Assembly (NCBI GenBank): GCA_016867455.1
Contig: VGJJ01000001.1
Location: 3,337-67,336, forward strand
Direction: 5' to 3'
Length of the DNA stretch: 64,000 bases
DNA from: Candidatus Iainarchaeum sp.
GTDB lineage: Archaea; Iainarchaeota; Iainarchaeia; Iainarchaeales; VGJJ01
In this document: in pieces, positions 24,423 to 33,933 of the stretch
How positions within the stretch are numbered: the first letter of the stretch is position 1
Layout: each line of letters starts with the position of its first letter
Position numbers and translations under genes: made by a program
The notes under the pieces: generated by a model
Told to the model about the DNA's origin: nothing
Seen by the model: only the letters and a program-made list of their open reading frames with translations
Database searches by the model: none

Positions 24423-26048
24423 ATGAATGCTCCGGATTCTCTTTCTGAAAGAAAACAAACCAAATTCATTATCGTCACGGGAGGAGTCGTCTCCGGCCTC
24501 GGTAAAGGAATTGCTGCCGCATCCATTGGCCGCTTGCTTGTTTCGGCGGGGTTGAAAGTGATTCCCATCAAGATGGATGGCTACTTGAACGTGGATCCGG
24601 GGACGATGAATCCCATGGAGCATGGGGAAGTGTTCGTGTTGGATGACGGGGGAGAAGTCGACATGGATTTTGGTCATTATGAACGCTTCTTGAATGTTGT
24701 TCCAAAGTCGCATTGGAATTTGACCATGGGAAAAATATTTGATTATGTGAGACAGAAAGAACGCAAGGGAGATTATTTGGGAAAGACCGTGCAGTACATT
24801 CCTCACGTCACAAGCGCTATTAAAGAAAAAATAATGCACGTGGTGAGTGAAGAACGCCCGGATGTAGTGTTGATTGAAGTCGGTGGAACGATTGGGGACT
24901 TGGAGAACGAATTGTACGTGGAAGCGGTTCGCCAATTGAAGAAAGATGTGGGGGTGAACAACATTGCGTATGTTCACCTCACGTATGTTCCTATTTTCGC
25001 GGGAACGAAGGAACAAAAATCAAAACCCACGCAGCAAAGCGTAAACATTCTGCGTCAGCGCGGATTGCAACCGGATATTATTATTGGGCGATGTGCGCGA
25101 AAACTCGATGATAGCATTAAAGAAAAAATTGCATTATTTGCGGACATTGAAAAGGAATCCGTTATTACGGGTTTGGACGTGGATAACGTGTATGAGATTC
25201 CCCTCGTTTTTCAGGAAGAGGGAATCTTGAAACAATTGAATGAAAAATTGCAATTGAATGCCATTCCCAAAATGGATGAGTGGAAAAAACTCGTTAGCAA
25301 CATGAGTCGTGCTCCTAAAACAATTAACATTGCGCTGTGTGGAAAATACACTAAACTAGAAGATAGTTATGCGAGTGTGATTGAAGCCTTGCATCACGCG
25401 GGGGCGCATGTTAATGTTATTCCTAAAATTCATTGGATTGAAACCACGCGCATTGAAGAAGGCACGTTAAACGTGGAAGACGCATTACGCGGAATGGATG
25501 GCATTATTGTTCCCGGTGGTTTTGGTTCACGCGGGGCGGAAGGAAAAATTTCCGTCATTCAGCACGCGCGCACGCACCACATGCCCTATTTGGGATTGTG
25601 TTATGGCATGCAGCTCGCGGTAATTGAATACGCACGCAATCGCTGCGGTCTCTCCCTTGCGAACAGCACGGAAATCAATCCACGCACAACATTTCCAGTG
25701 ATTGATTTGCTTCCGGAACAAACAACCATTACTCAGAAAGGAGCCACCATGCGTTTGGGCGGGCAAGACGTGGAAATTAAGCCTCAAACGAATGCCGAAA
25801 AATTATTTGGTCCCGTGGCACGTTTGCGTTTTCGCCACCGATACGAGGTTAACCCTGCCTTCATTGAAAAACTGGAAAATATGGGACTTATTTTCTCAGG
25901 TAAAGCACCGCAGCGTGAAATTATGCAAATCATGGAACTCCCCGACCATCCCTTTTTCATGGCTACGCAGGCGCATCCGGAATTGACTTCGCGATTAGAC
26001 AAGCCGTGTCCTTTCTTTCATGCGTTTGTCCGTTCCTGCGTGAAATGA
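24423..26048 (+). CDS. pyrG: CTP synthase
   Basis: N-terminal IIVTGGVVSGLGKGIAAASIG. Glutamine amidotransferase C-terminal domain with GLCYGMQLA. 541 aa. Confidence 0.9.
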   Translation: MNAPDSLSERKQTKFIIVTGGVVSGLGKGIAAASIGRLLVSAGLKVIPIKMDGYLNVDPGTMNPMEHGEVFVLDDGGEVDMDFGHYERFLNVVPKSHWNLTMGKIFDYVRQKERKGDYLGKTVQYIPHVTSAIKEKIMHVVSEERPDVVLIEVGGTIGDLENELYVEAVRQLKKDVGVNNIAYVHLTYVPIFAGTKEQKSKPTQQSVNILRQRGLQPDIIIGRCARKLDDSIKEKIALFADIEKESVITGLDVDNVYEIPLVFQEEGILKQLNEKLQLNAIPKMDEWKKLVSNMSRAPKTINIALCGKYTKLEDSYASVIEALHHAGAHVNVIPKIHWIETTRIEEGTLNVEDALRGMDGIIVPGGFGSRGAEGKISVIQHARTHHMPYLGLCYGMQLAVIEYARNRCGLSLANSTEINPRTTFPVIDLLPEQTTITQKGATMRLGGQDVEIKPQTNAEKLFGPVARLRFRHRYEVNPAFIEKLENMGLIFSGKAPQREIMQIMELPDHPFFMATQAHPELTSRLDKPCPFFHAFVRSCVK

Positions 26049-26073
26049 ATAGGATTATATCCCGCATTTTCCA

Positions 26074-26919
26074 ATGAAAGATATGTCCACTGAAAAAAAA
26101 TTAGTTGATTGTTTGAAAGAGTTTGCGGTGTTTGCGGGCAATTTGGCGTTGCCATATTATGGTAAAATTGAGCGCCAGAATAAACTAGTGGGAGTCGCGG
26201 AGCATTTGCATGAATCTCCCGTCACGGTGGTGGATCATGGTATTCAGGAAATGGTTTTGTCGGAACTCATTCGAAATGGTTTCACCAACCTTGCGTTTAA
26301 TGGGGAAGAAGAAACGCACTTGAAGTTTTTTTTCAAGGGAGATTATTCTAATGGTTTGGTGGTGCATTGCGATCCCATCGATGGGACGAAAGCGTTTGTT
26401 AATGGAAAAAATCGTTTCGCGGTAGGGTTTGCCCTTTCTAGAGTTAAAAATAATGTTCATGATTTTTTTGCGACGATTGTTTATTCCCCTATTGATCAAC
26501 AATTATTTTGGTCATACGAGGATAAGGCGAGCAAGCACGTAAAACAATCCCTTGTTTCGCGTGAATTAGCGTCCGTTCGTTTGCTAACGAATGAGGGAAA
26601 GGACTGCCTCTCCCAAAAAGGATATGTTCCTGCGCCCCCGGAGAGTATGCATTTGAGTATTATTGACACCGCATTGGGAAAGCGTGCCGCGGTAACAGGT
26701 TATCATGTGGAGGCGCATGATGCGTTCATTCCGTTTGCTTTTGCACGCAATTATGGCATTACTCCTTACACCCACGCGGGCAAAAAGTTGAAAAAAATAA
26801 TTCTCGAACCCACTCCCAAGGGTTATCGCACGATGCACAAAGTGTATTATTTTGCCAATAATGAAATCCGTGATGAATTATTGCCTGTTTTTCAGAACGC
26901 GAAATATGTGAACAAATAA
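26074..26919 (+). CDS. Inositol-monophosphatase/FBPase-superfamily phosphatase (tentative)
   Basis: Metal-binding motif HCDPIDGTKAF (DPIDGT) and size ~280 aa. The second IMPase motif is not clearly seen. Confidence 0.5.
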   Translation: MKDMSTEKKLVDCLKEFAVFAGNLALPYYGKIERQNKLVGVAEHLHESPVTVVDHGIQEMVLSELIRNGFTNLAFNGEEETHLKFFFKGDYSNGLVVHCDPIDGTKAFVNGKNRFAVGFALSRVKNNVHDFFATIVYSPIDQQLFWSYEDKASKHVKQSLVSRELASVRLLTNEGKDCLSQKGYVPAPPESMHLSIIDTALGKRAAVTGYHVEAHDAFIPFAFARNYGITPYTHAGKKLKKIILEPTPKGYRTMHKVYYFANNEIRDELLPVFQNAKYVNK

Positions 26920-26963
26920 TAAAAAAATGAAATAAATAGGAAAATAATTGAATTGCCTATTTT

Positions 26964-28115
26964 TTATTTAATCAGCGCGAACTTCACCGCTTCGGGGATG
27001 AGTGAAATAATTCCGGGCTGAGTAATCATTTTGCTCACGAAGCGCGAGGGTTCATCCATGTCTCCATGGTTGGAGAGGAAGTGTTCCATTCCCGCGTCCT
27101 TGAGTTTGAGGAATAATTTATCCAATTGTGCATCGGTTTGGCGTGATTGATACGTGTGGATTTTGTAGTGTAATTCTAATTCCTTGAAAATGGGTTCCAT
27201 TCGTTTCTCGTACTCATTAAGTGGGGTGTGGTGGTGAATGTGATCGTGAATACTCGTTGCGAGAATGTCGGCAGACTTGCAGTTCATGATGATTCCTCCT
27301 CCCGTGGTTGCTTTGGTTTGGTAGGCAGCGTCTCCTAAGAGGAGCATGTTATCCTTGGTGAGCGTGCGAATGGGCGGGGCGCAGGGGATTAGGAAGGAGT
27401 TGTCGCTCTTGATGTGTACGTCGATTTGTTTTTCTTTCAAGAATTTTTTGAATGCGTGAACAGGGTTCACTCCGACTTTGCATCCTAATCCTATTTTGGC
27501 GCTGGATTCGTTTTCGGGGATTACCCATGCAAAAAAATGCGGTGCGAATGATTCGCTGAAATATAATTCCACAAAACGCGGGTCAAAGTTTCCGGATGCT
27601 TTGACTTGATACGAGTGTACAAAATCACTGGCTTTGCTTTCAATCCCTACTACTTTTCGTAAGCGTGAATTCACTCCATCCGCGGCCACCATGATGTCGG
27701 CTTTTTTGACGCCGCCTTTTCCTTTGCTTTGAGTAAAAATAGTATTTCCTTTCACGTTCATGACGCTCGTGTTCAACACGATTTCCGCGCCGGCTTTTTT
27801 GGCTTGTTGATAGAGTGTTTTATCGAATAGGCTTCGGTCCATGACATGGGCAACGGGCTTCTTGCTCTCGATGCGGAGCTGGGTATTGTTGGGGGAATAA
27901 ATTTTCGCTCCATAAATAGTATTCGTAAAACTGTCTTTCAAATCAAAACCAAGTGTTTCCGTGTTGCGTGCGGAGATGAGTCCCGAGCAGTGTTCGGGAA
28001 TCCCTATTTCTGCATGGTCTTCAAAAACGGTTACCGGAATGTTGTTTTCGGCTAGTTTTCGGGCGAGGCGTAATCCTGCACTCCCTGCACCAATGACGGA
28101 GACGTGACGATCCAT
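26964..28115 (-). CDS. Geranylgeranyl reductase family flavoprotein (digeranylgeranylglycerophospholipid reductase-like)
   Basis: FAD-binding N-terminus VSVIGAGSAGLRLARKL...EHCSGLIS. Length and overall pattern match the GGR family. Confidence 0.8.
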   Translation of the reverse strand: MDRHVSVIGAGSAGLRLARKLAENNIPVTVFEDHAEIGIPEHCSGLISARNTETLGFDLKDSFTNTIYGAKIYSPNNTQLRIESKKPVAHVMDRSLFDKTLYQQAKKAGAEIVLNTSVMNVKGNTIFTQSKGKGGVKKADIMVAADGVNSRLRKVVGIESKASDFVHSYQVKASGNFDPRFVELYFSESFAPHFFAWVIPENESSAKIGLGCKVGVNPVHAFKKFLKEKQIDVHIKSDNSFLIPCAPPIRTLTKDNMLLLGDAAYQTKATTGGGIIMNCKSADILATSIHDHIHHHTPLNEYEKRMEPIFKELELHYKIHTYQSRQTDAQLDKLFLKLKDAGMEHFLSNHGDMDEPSRFVSKMITQPGIISLIPEAVKFALIK

Positions 28116-28196
28116 ACTAGAATACCCCCTGAGTATGATTTTTAACGCAACCCCTTGGGGAGAAGCTTTTAGCCACGTTGTGCGTGTTAATTTTCT

Positions 28197-28454
28197 ATGC
28201 TCTCACTACCATCCATTGCAGCCATTGGGTTGGTATTGCTTGCGGGAGTGTTGATTCATTCCCGCCTCCCATCGTATCCTCGTGAAACGAGTGAAAAATG
28301 GCTCGTTTCTTTTTTTTCATTAATCCTGCTTATTCCTGCGTTTTTTTGGGCGGGGCACTATTGGTTCCACATGCGTGTGAGCGTGTGGTCGTTCGCTGCG
28401 GGAGTGGGTGTTCTTTTCCTCGTGTGGGTGCTTATTCCCACCCGAGAAAAATAA
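28197..28454 (+). CDS. Small membrane protein, hypothetical
   Basis: Two or three hydrophobic helices. No motif recognised. Confidence 0.35.
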   Translation: MLSLPSIAAIGLVLLAGVLIHSRLPSYPRETSEKWLVSFFSLILLIPAFFWAGHYWFHMRVSVWSFAAGVGVLFLVWVLIPTREK

Positions 28455-28460
28455 CGTGTT

Positions 28461-31259
28461 TTAGTATCGTCCGATGCGCGAACTACTATCGCTCTTCCAC
28501 ATTTTACTCCCTCTCACGGGAGTGCTCGTGCGGTGAACGGGCCCCGTGTTGCGTACGCCTATGGAACTGCGCAGGATGGGATTGTCTGCTCCTTCCACGC
28601 TTCCTTTGACGACGCGGATGGATACGAAAATTAATCCCACGACGAGGAGGAACCCTAATACGAGTGGTCCTACGTTGCCAACGAAGCCCACGAATCCTGT
28701 CATGAGGTTTCCGCCATCAAATAATGGTGGTCCGGCTTCTTTGTTGGCCACGGGTTTTCCGATACCGCTGGAAAACAAAATGGGCGGATTAACGATGAGT
28801 GCTTGGAGTGCTTCCATTTTGCTTTGGGCCACGCCAAACGTGTAGGTGTTAACGCTCGTCAACACAATCTCAACGGCTTGTCCTTCAAACAATTCGCTGA
28901 CTTCAAATTGCACTAATGGGTCGTCTTTCAATATGGTCATGTTCACATTGGATGTGAATTCGCTCGCGGTCTTGGCGAACGATTTAGGTACGTCTACGAC
29001 AATTTTGACACTGCCTTTGTTTCCCGTGTTTTGGAGGGAGAGAACATATTGCAGAGCATATTTTCCTTTTTCTCCTTCCACTGGAACCATTTTTACGATT
29101 GGTTGCGCGTTCCATTGGGTAATGGCTTGCTCCGCATCGCTCACGAGTTGCGCGTTATCCACGTTGAATCCTGCCGCGGATAATAATGCGGTTAATTGTT
29201 CCATTCCCACGTTCAACGATACGGGTTCGGGCAACACGGGCTCATTTTCCAACGCCGTGTTGGTTGGGCTTGTATTCGTTCCCGTGTTTGTGGAAGTAGC
29301 GGCGGGTGCGGCTGCCGCGGGTTTCGAGGATGGGTCCTTAATCACGCGTGACGTGGATGCGGTACATGAATCGGTTCCGAAAACAAACTTCACGCTTGTT
29401 CCAATGGAGTTAGGCACGTCAAATGGTCCCGTCCACTTGGTGGCGGCCGTTCCTACTTTTTGGATGGCAACCGTTGCTTTTCCCATTGGCGTGGCGCGAA
29501 AATATCCATTCACGTATGAGTTTCCTTGTGCCGTTGCCGTGATTTTTTCTCCTGCATAAATGGATGTGGGCACGTCAAATGTAACGTTGCATGAACCGCC
29601 GCCCCCACCGCCGCCACCGCCGCCACCGCCGCCACCGCCGCCGGAGCCGCCGCTATTGTTGTTTCCTCCGCTGGTACAACCAGTGGTGGTCGCATTAATG
29701 GGTCCCGTCGCCGAACTTTTGTGGCCGACGTTGTCTACGGCTTCAATCCAATAATTGTAGGAGGTGCAGCTGGATAATCCGCTGTCCGTGGTGCTGGTAG
29801 CGGGGTGGTTTGCGGTCTTGGATGGAGAGTCCGGCTTAGTGGTGGTCGTGCTGCGGTATAATCGGTACTCTTTCACGCCGCTTCCTCCATTATCCGTTGA
29901 GACACTCCAGCTGAAGGATGCGCTCGTGTCTTCGCGGTCCGTGTTCGTAAAATTCGTTGGTGCGGTTGGGCTCGTGGAATCGTACACAATGACTACGTCT
30001 ACTCCCTGCGCGGAAATATTTCCTAATGCGTCTTTGACTTTCACATTCACGGTGCGTGAACCATCCCCGGCTGGGCAGCTCGTGACTATGTTGTAGGTGT
30101 TGATGCTGGTCGCATAATCAATTTCAACCGGCGTGTTCGTGGAGCACTGGAAAATGACTTTATGGTTGCCCACTCCCGCGTCGGTGGCACCGATAGTAAA
30201 AGTAGGTGTTGCTGAACTCGTTGGTGTGGGCGCGGAGGCTGTTACACTGGTGGGGCCGGTCGTGTCGACTTTAATGACTTGTGATAAGTTGGCCGTGTTT
30301 CCGGCAGCATCCGTCACGTCGACCGTGTACGTGTATGTGCCATCCGTCAATGCGGATGCGGGAGTGTATGAAAAACTATTCCCGTTTTGAGTGGGGGATA
30401 CGGTGACTCCATTTTGTTTGAATACGACTGAAGCCACGTTGAGTCCGCTCCCATTGGCACCATCGGAAAGCGTCACTTCAATCGTGGGGGTGGTGTTGAT
30501 TGTTCCTGAATGAGCGGGAACCGCTGCCGCGTTGAGGGTAAAAGTTCCCGTGGGGGCGGTCGTGTCTACTTTCAAATCAAATGCCGTCGTGACAGCTGTG
30601 TTTCCTGCCGCATCGGTGGCGCGGATGATGATGGAATTATTTTCATTGGAAAAAACCACTCCTGCCGTAGGAAGAGTTGTAAAATTTCCACCGGCATTAT
30701 AGTCGAGTGTGCATGCCGTGGCATCCGTGCACGTGGCGGTCATGGTTGTTGCTGCGTGGCTCCATACTCCGCTTGTAACGAGGGGATTGAAGGTGGGTCC
30801 GGTGATGACAGGATTAATGGAATCAAATGTGATAGGGGTTCCGGCACTGGTGGCGGTTGTTTGTTCGGGAAATGTTTCTTGAAAAATGGCTTTCATGAAA
30901 ATGGTTTGGTTTCCATTAGCAGGGGCTTGTGCGCTCGTGTCAAATGTCCAATGGCATGTCATTCCATTCGCCGTGTTAATGTTGTCCAATACGCAGGCGG
31001 ATGAAATATCCAATGCGTCAAAATGACCGGCGATGATTTCAGGGTCTCCGGCATCGAATGTGGCGTCCGTACTCAGGAAGAATCGAAAATCATATGTTGC
31101 GGAAGTAACATAGGCAGAGTCTTGCAGGTTGAAGTTTACCGTCAAATCATTACTCGGATTAATCGTGTAGCTTGGGTCCGTCACCGTGATGGTCGCACCC
31201 CACACGCTCATACTCAATAATACGACTCCTGTTAACACGATTAACCAAGCACGATTCAT
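28461..31259 (-). CDS. Large Thr/Ser-rich cell-surface protein with FN3-like domain, poly-Gly linker and C-terminal TM anchor
   Basis: Signal peptide MNRAWLIVLTGVVLLSMSVWG. Ig/FN3-like segment SASFSWSVSTDNGGSGVKEYRLYRS. GGSGGGGGGGGGGGGGGGGS tract. C-terminal helix LVLGFLLVVGLIFVSIRVV followed by a cytoplasmic tail. Confidence 0.75.
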   Translation of the reverse strand: MNRAWLIVLTGVVLLSMSVWGATITVTDPSYTINPSNDLTVNFNLQDSAYVTSATYDFRFFLSTDATFDAGDPEIIAGHFDALDISSACVLDNINTANGMTCHWTFDTSAQAPANGNQTIFMKAIFQETFPEQTTATSAGTPITFDSINPVITGPTFNPLVTSGVWSHAATTMTATCTDATACTLDYNAGGNFTTLPTAGVVFSNENNSIIIRATDAAGNTAVTTAFDLKVDTTAPTGTFTLNAAAVPAHSGTINTTPTIEVTLSDGANGSGLNVASVVFKQNGVTVSPTQNGNSFSYTPASALTDGTYTYTVDVTDAAGNTANLSQVIKVDTTGPTSVTASAPTPTSSATPTFTIGATDAGVGNHKVIFQCSTNTPVEIDYATSINTYNIVTSCPAGDGSRTVNVKVKDALGNISAQGVDVVIVYDSTSPTAPTNFTNTDREDTSASFSWSVSTDNGGSGVKEYRLYRSTTTTKPDSPSKTANHPATSTTDSGLSSCTSYNYWIEAVDNVGHKSSATGPINATTTGCTSGGNNNSGGSGGGGGGGGGGGGGGGGSCNVTFDVPTSIYAGEKITATAQGNSYVNGYFRATPMGKATVAIQKVGTAATKWTGPFDVPNSIGTSVKFVFGTDSCTASTSRVIKDPSSKPAAAAPAATSTNTGTNTSPTNTALENEPVLPEPVSLNVGMEQLTALLSAAGFNVDNAQLVSDAEQAITQWNAQPIVKMVPVEGEKGKYALQYVLSLQNTGNKGSVKIVVDVPKSFAKTASEFTSNVNMTILKDDPLVQFEVSELFEGQAVEIVLTSVNTYTFGVAQSKMEALQALIVNPPILFSSGIGKPVANKEAGPPLFDGGNLMTGFVGFVGNVGPLVLGFLLVVGLIFVSIRVVKGSVEGADNPILRSSIGVRNTGPVHRTSTPVRGSKMWKSDSSSRIGRY
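29596..29653. repeat. GC-rich triplet microsatellite (CCGCCGCCACCG)n encoding the poly-Gly linker of the surface protein
   Basis: About 58 nt of near-perfect GCC/ACC triplet repeats, seen directly. Confidence 0.8.
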
Positions 31260-31389
31260 TTGTTCTCCCCCTGAGATATGAGTAATACTCTTTTTTGATG
31301 AGTATTTAAACCATTCTCGATATTATAGAATAATCCTGCCATTTGGCTGGTCATGTAGCAGGAATTTTTTTGAGTTGGAGGTTTTCGCC

Positions 31390-32229
31390 ATGGAACAGTT
31401 GCGCACCGTCTTTTTTCTGAGTCTCTTGACGGGACTCCTTCTCCTCATTGGGGGAATAGTGGGGGGAGAAAGTGGAATACTCGTGGCATTCATTTTTGCA
31501 TTAATCATGAATGGTTTCTCGTATTTTTTTTCAGACAAAATAGTGTTAGCATTGTATCGCGCTCAACCCGCGGATGAAAAAACGAGTGAAGGAAAACGTA
31601 TTCATTCACTTTTGAAAACAGTTGCTCAACGCATGCAACTCCCATTGCCTAAATTATTTATCATTGATGAAAAATCTCCTAATGCATTTGCCACGGGGAG
31701 AGATCCTCAACACGCGGCCGTGGTTTTCACGCGGGGGATTCTTTCATTGTTAGATGATCATGAATTGGAAGGCGTTATTGCTCACGAACTTTCGCACGTG
31801 AAGAATAGGGATATTCTCATCGCATCCATGGCAGCCACGATTGCGGGGGCCATTAGTATGCTCGCACACATGGCTCAATGGAGCGCGTTTGGTTCGCGTG
31901 ACCGGGATGGGAGAAATGTCATTGGATTAATGATCGTGGCGATTTCGGTTCCCATTATTGCGATGCTCATTCAATTAGCGGTTTCTCGTTCCCGTGAATT
32001 TTTGGCGGATGAGACGGCGGCGAAAACCCTTCATTCGGGAAAAGGCCTCGCTTCCGCATTGAGAAAACTCGAAAAGGGCATTCATACGCATCCCTTTGAT
32101 TCGGCAAATGAGGGAACCGCCCATTTGTTTATCGCTAATCCCTTTGCGGGGGAAGGATTATTGGGTTTATTCCGCACCCATCCCTCGACAAGTGAACGAG
32201 TGGCGCGACTCGAATCGTTCCGCTCATAA
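31390..32229 (+). CDS. htpX: Protease HtpX (M48 zinc metalloprotease)
   Basis: HEXXH motif IAHELSHV. TM helices. GGAGG lies 9 nt upstream of ATG 31390, preferred over the TTG at 31375. Confidence 0.85.
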   Translation: MEQLRTVFFLSLLTGLLLLIGGIVGGESGILVAFIFALIMNGFSYFFSDKIVLALYRAQPADEKTSEGKRIHSLLKTVAQRMQLPLPKLFIIDEKSPNAFATGRDPQHAAVVFTRGILSLLDDHELEGVIAHELSHVKNRDILIASMAATIAGAISMLAHMAQWSAFGSRDRDGRNVIGLMIVAISVPIIAMLIQLAVSRSREFLADETAAKTLHSGKGLASALRKLEKGIHTHPFDSANEGTAHLFIANPFAGEGLLGLFRTHPSTSERVARLESFRS

Positions 32230-32264
32230 AAGTTGGTTTTATATGGTGTGGGGACGCTCTTCTG

Positions 32265-33248
32265 GTGATGAAGATTCCCTACCTCACTATTTTTTTCACG
32301 CTTATTATTTTGTATGTGGCGGCGACTCAACTCAATTGGCCGAGTCTCTTGCACGCATTCCAATCAGCGAAAATAGAATATATTTTTCTCGCACTCAGTG
32401 CGTGGGTGGTGCTGGTTTTTCTTAAAGGATTCAAGTGGCAGCGTCTCGTGATTAGTTTGAATGGTAAAATTTCCTTGATTGATTCACTCATGGTCATTTT
32501 TATTGGTCTATTTGTCAGTGTGATTACGCCCGGTAGGCTGGGTGATTTTGTGCGGGCCGTGTACATTAAGGATCGTCTCGCGCTGGGAAAGGGAATTTTG
32601 GCCGTAATTGTTGATCGTGCCATGGATGTCATCACGCTGCTCATCTTTGCGGGAATCGGTCTCATTCTCTTGACGCGTGCGAAGGGAATTGAAATTATTT
32701 CTCCGGAGCTCGTTCTCATTCTGATTGCGGGATCATTTATGGCGTTAGGTGCTGGATTAAACAAGCGGGTGGCGCGTAAACTATTCAAATTATTTCAGGG
32801 AATTATTCCTCAAAAAATTCGCGAATTATTGTTGAAGCACGGTCGATCGTTCTATGAAGCGGTTCCCCTCTTTCAAACGAATGGTATTCATGTGTTGGCT
32901 GCCGTATTTTCGAGCACTGCTGCGTGGTTATTATCAATTACCTTTGGCTGGTTCCTCATGCTGGCGCTCAACATGCCATTGTCATGGAATTCCGCATTAG
33001 CGGTTGTTCCCGTTCTCGCATTAATTGAAATTATTCCCGTGGGAATACTGGGGATTGGCACGCGCGAAATTGGTGCGGTGATTGTATTAGGGGCATTTGG
33101 CATTTCTCCCGAATCCGCAGTGGCGTATTCCCTGCTTTATTTCGCATTGGGGTATATTCCCAGTTTTGCCATTGGTGCGGTGTTATTCAACCATAAACCA
33201 CTCCCCATGGACGGTGGCCTCAAAGGGTTAGCGTCCAGGTTAGGGTAA
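32265..33248 (+). CDS. UPF0104/flippase-like integral membrane protein (lysyl-PG-synthase TM-domain family)
   Basis: Eight or so TM helices. Family-typical ITPGRLGDFVRAVYIK block. Confidence 0.55.
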   Translation: MMKIPYLTIFFTLIILYVAATQLNWPSLLHAFQSAKIEYIFLALSAWVVLVFLKGFKWQRLVISLNGKISLIDSLMVIFIGLFVSVITPGRLGDFVRAVYIKDRLALGKGILAVIVDRAMDVITLLIFAGIGLILLTRAKGIEIISPELVLILIAGSFMALGAGLNKRVARKLFKLFQGIIPQKIRELLLKHGRSFYEAVPLFQTNGIHVLAAVFSSTAAWLLSITFGWFLMLALNMPLSWNSALAVVPVLALIEIIPVGILGIGTREIGAVIVLGAFGISPESAVAYSLLYFALGYIPSFAIGAVLFNHKPLPMDGGLKGLASRLG

Positions 33249-33271
33249 TACTCTCCGCGCTGCTTCGTTGA

Positions 33272-33922
33272 TTATTTTTTTTGAAACGCGAGCAAGCACG
33301 TAAGGGATAGTCCAAATGGCAATCCAAATGGCAAGTTTTGTTGGGCCATCACTCGCAGTCCCACGCGTCGCTTCATGAATCCTGGAACAAATGCATTCAC
33401 GTGATCAGGAACGCGCAGGGGTCTGCGTCCCAACAACAATCGGCTGAACGTCCACAAAACTTCATTGGGGTGAGTAATAATGAGCAACCCATTCGGTTTG
33501 AGTACGCGGGTTAATTCTGCAATGACATCCTGGTATTCGTACACGTGCTCCAATACTTCCGTACACGTGACAACGTCAAAATAATTATCTGGGAATTGCA
33601 GCGAATCCAAGTCCATGCGTTTAACCTGAGCAAATGGCACTCGTTCATGGGATTGACGCACCGCGTTATCCATGATGTCCACGCCAAAATACTCATGCAG
33701 GGGCATTTGTTGGTGAAAGCGTTGAATCAAATGTCCTTCGCCGCAGCCCGCGTCGAGGATGCGAGCCCCTTTTGGGAGATTGGCTTTGGCTACAAACTCA
33801 ACAATTTTATCCAATCGTTGAGAGTGAACAAACCGCACGAGGGCATTTTGACTCGTGTATAAACTATCCATGTTCTCGTCCGGCATATACAAATGATCGA
33901 TTCGCGCCATGGTCAATCCCAC
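33272..33922 (-). CDS. Class I SAM-dependent methyltransferase
   Basis: Motif I ARILDAGCGEGHL. Acidic motif II. 216 aa. Confidence 0.75.
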   Translation of the reverse strand: MGLTMARIDHLYMPDENMDSLYTSQNALVRFVHSQRLDKIVEFVAKANLPKGARILDAGCGEGHLIQRFHQQMPLHEYFGVDIMDNAVRQSHERVPFAQVKRMDLDSLQFPDNYFDVVTCTEVLEHVYEYQDVIAELTRVLKPNGLLIITHPNEVLWTFSRLLLGRRPLRVPDHVNAFVPGFMKRRVGLRVMAQQNLPFGLPFGLSLTCLLAFQKK

Positions 33923-33933
33923 TCATAACATGT

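Noticed and set aside
29560-29754. Plus-strand ORF encoding a poly-Pro stretch (PPPPPPPP...)
   Set aside because: It is the antisense reading of the poly-Gly microsatellite inside the surface-protein gene and is not an independent gene.
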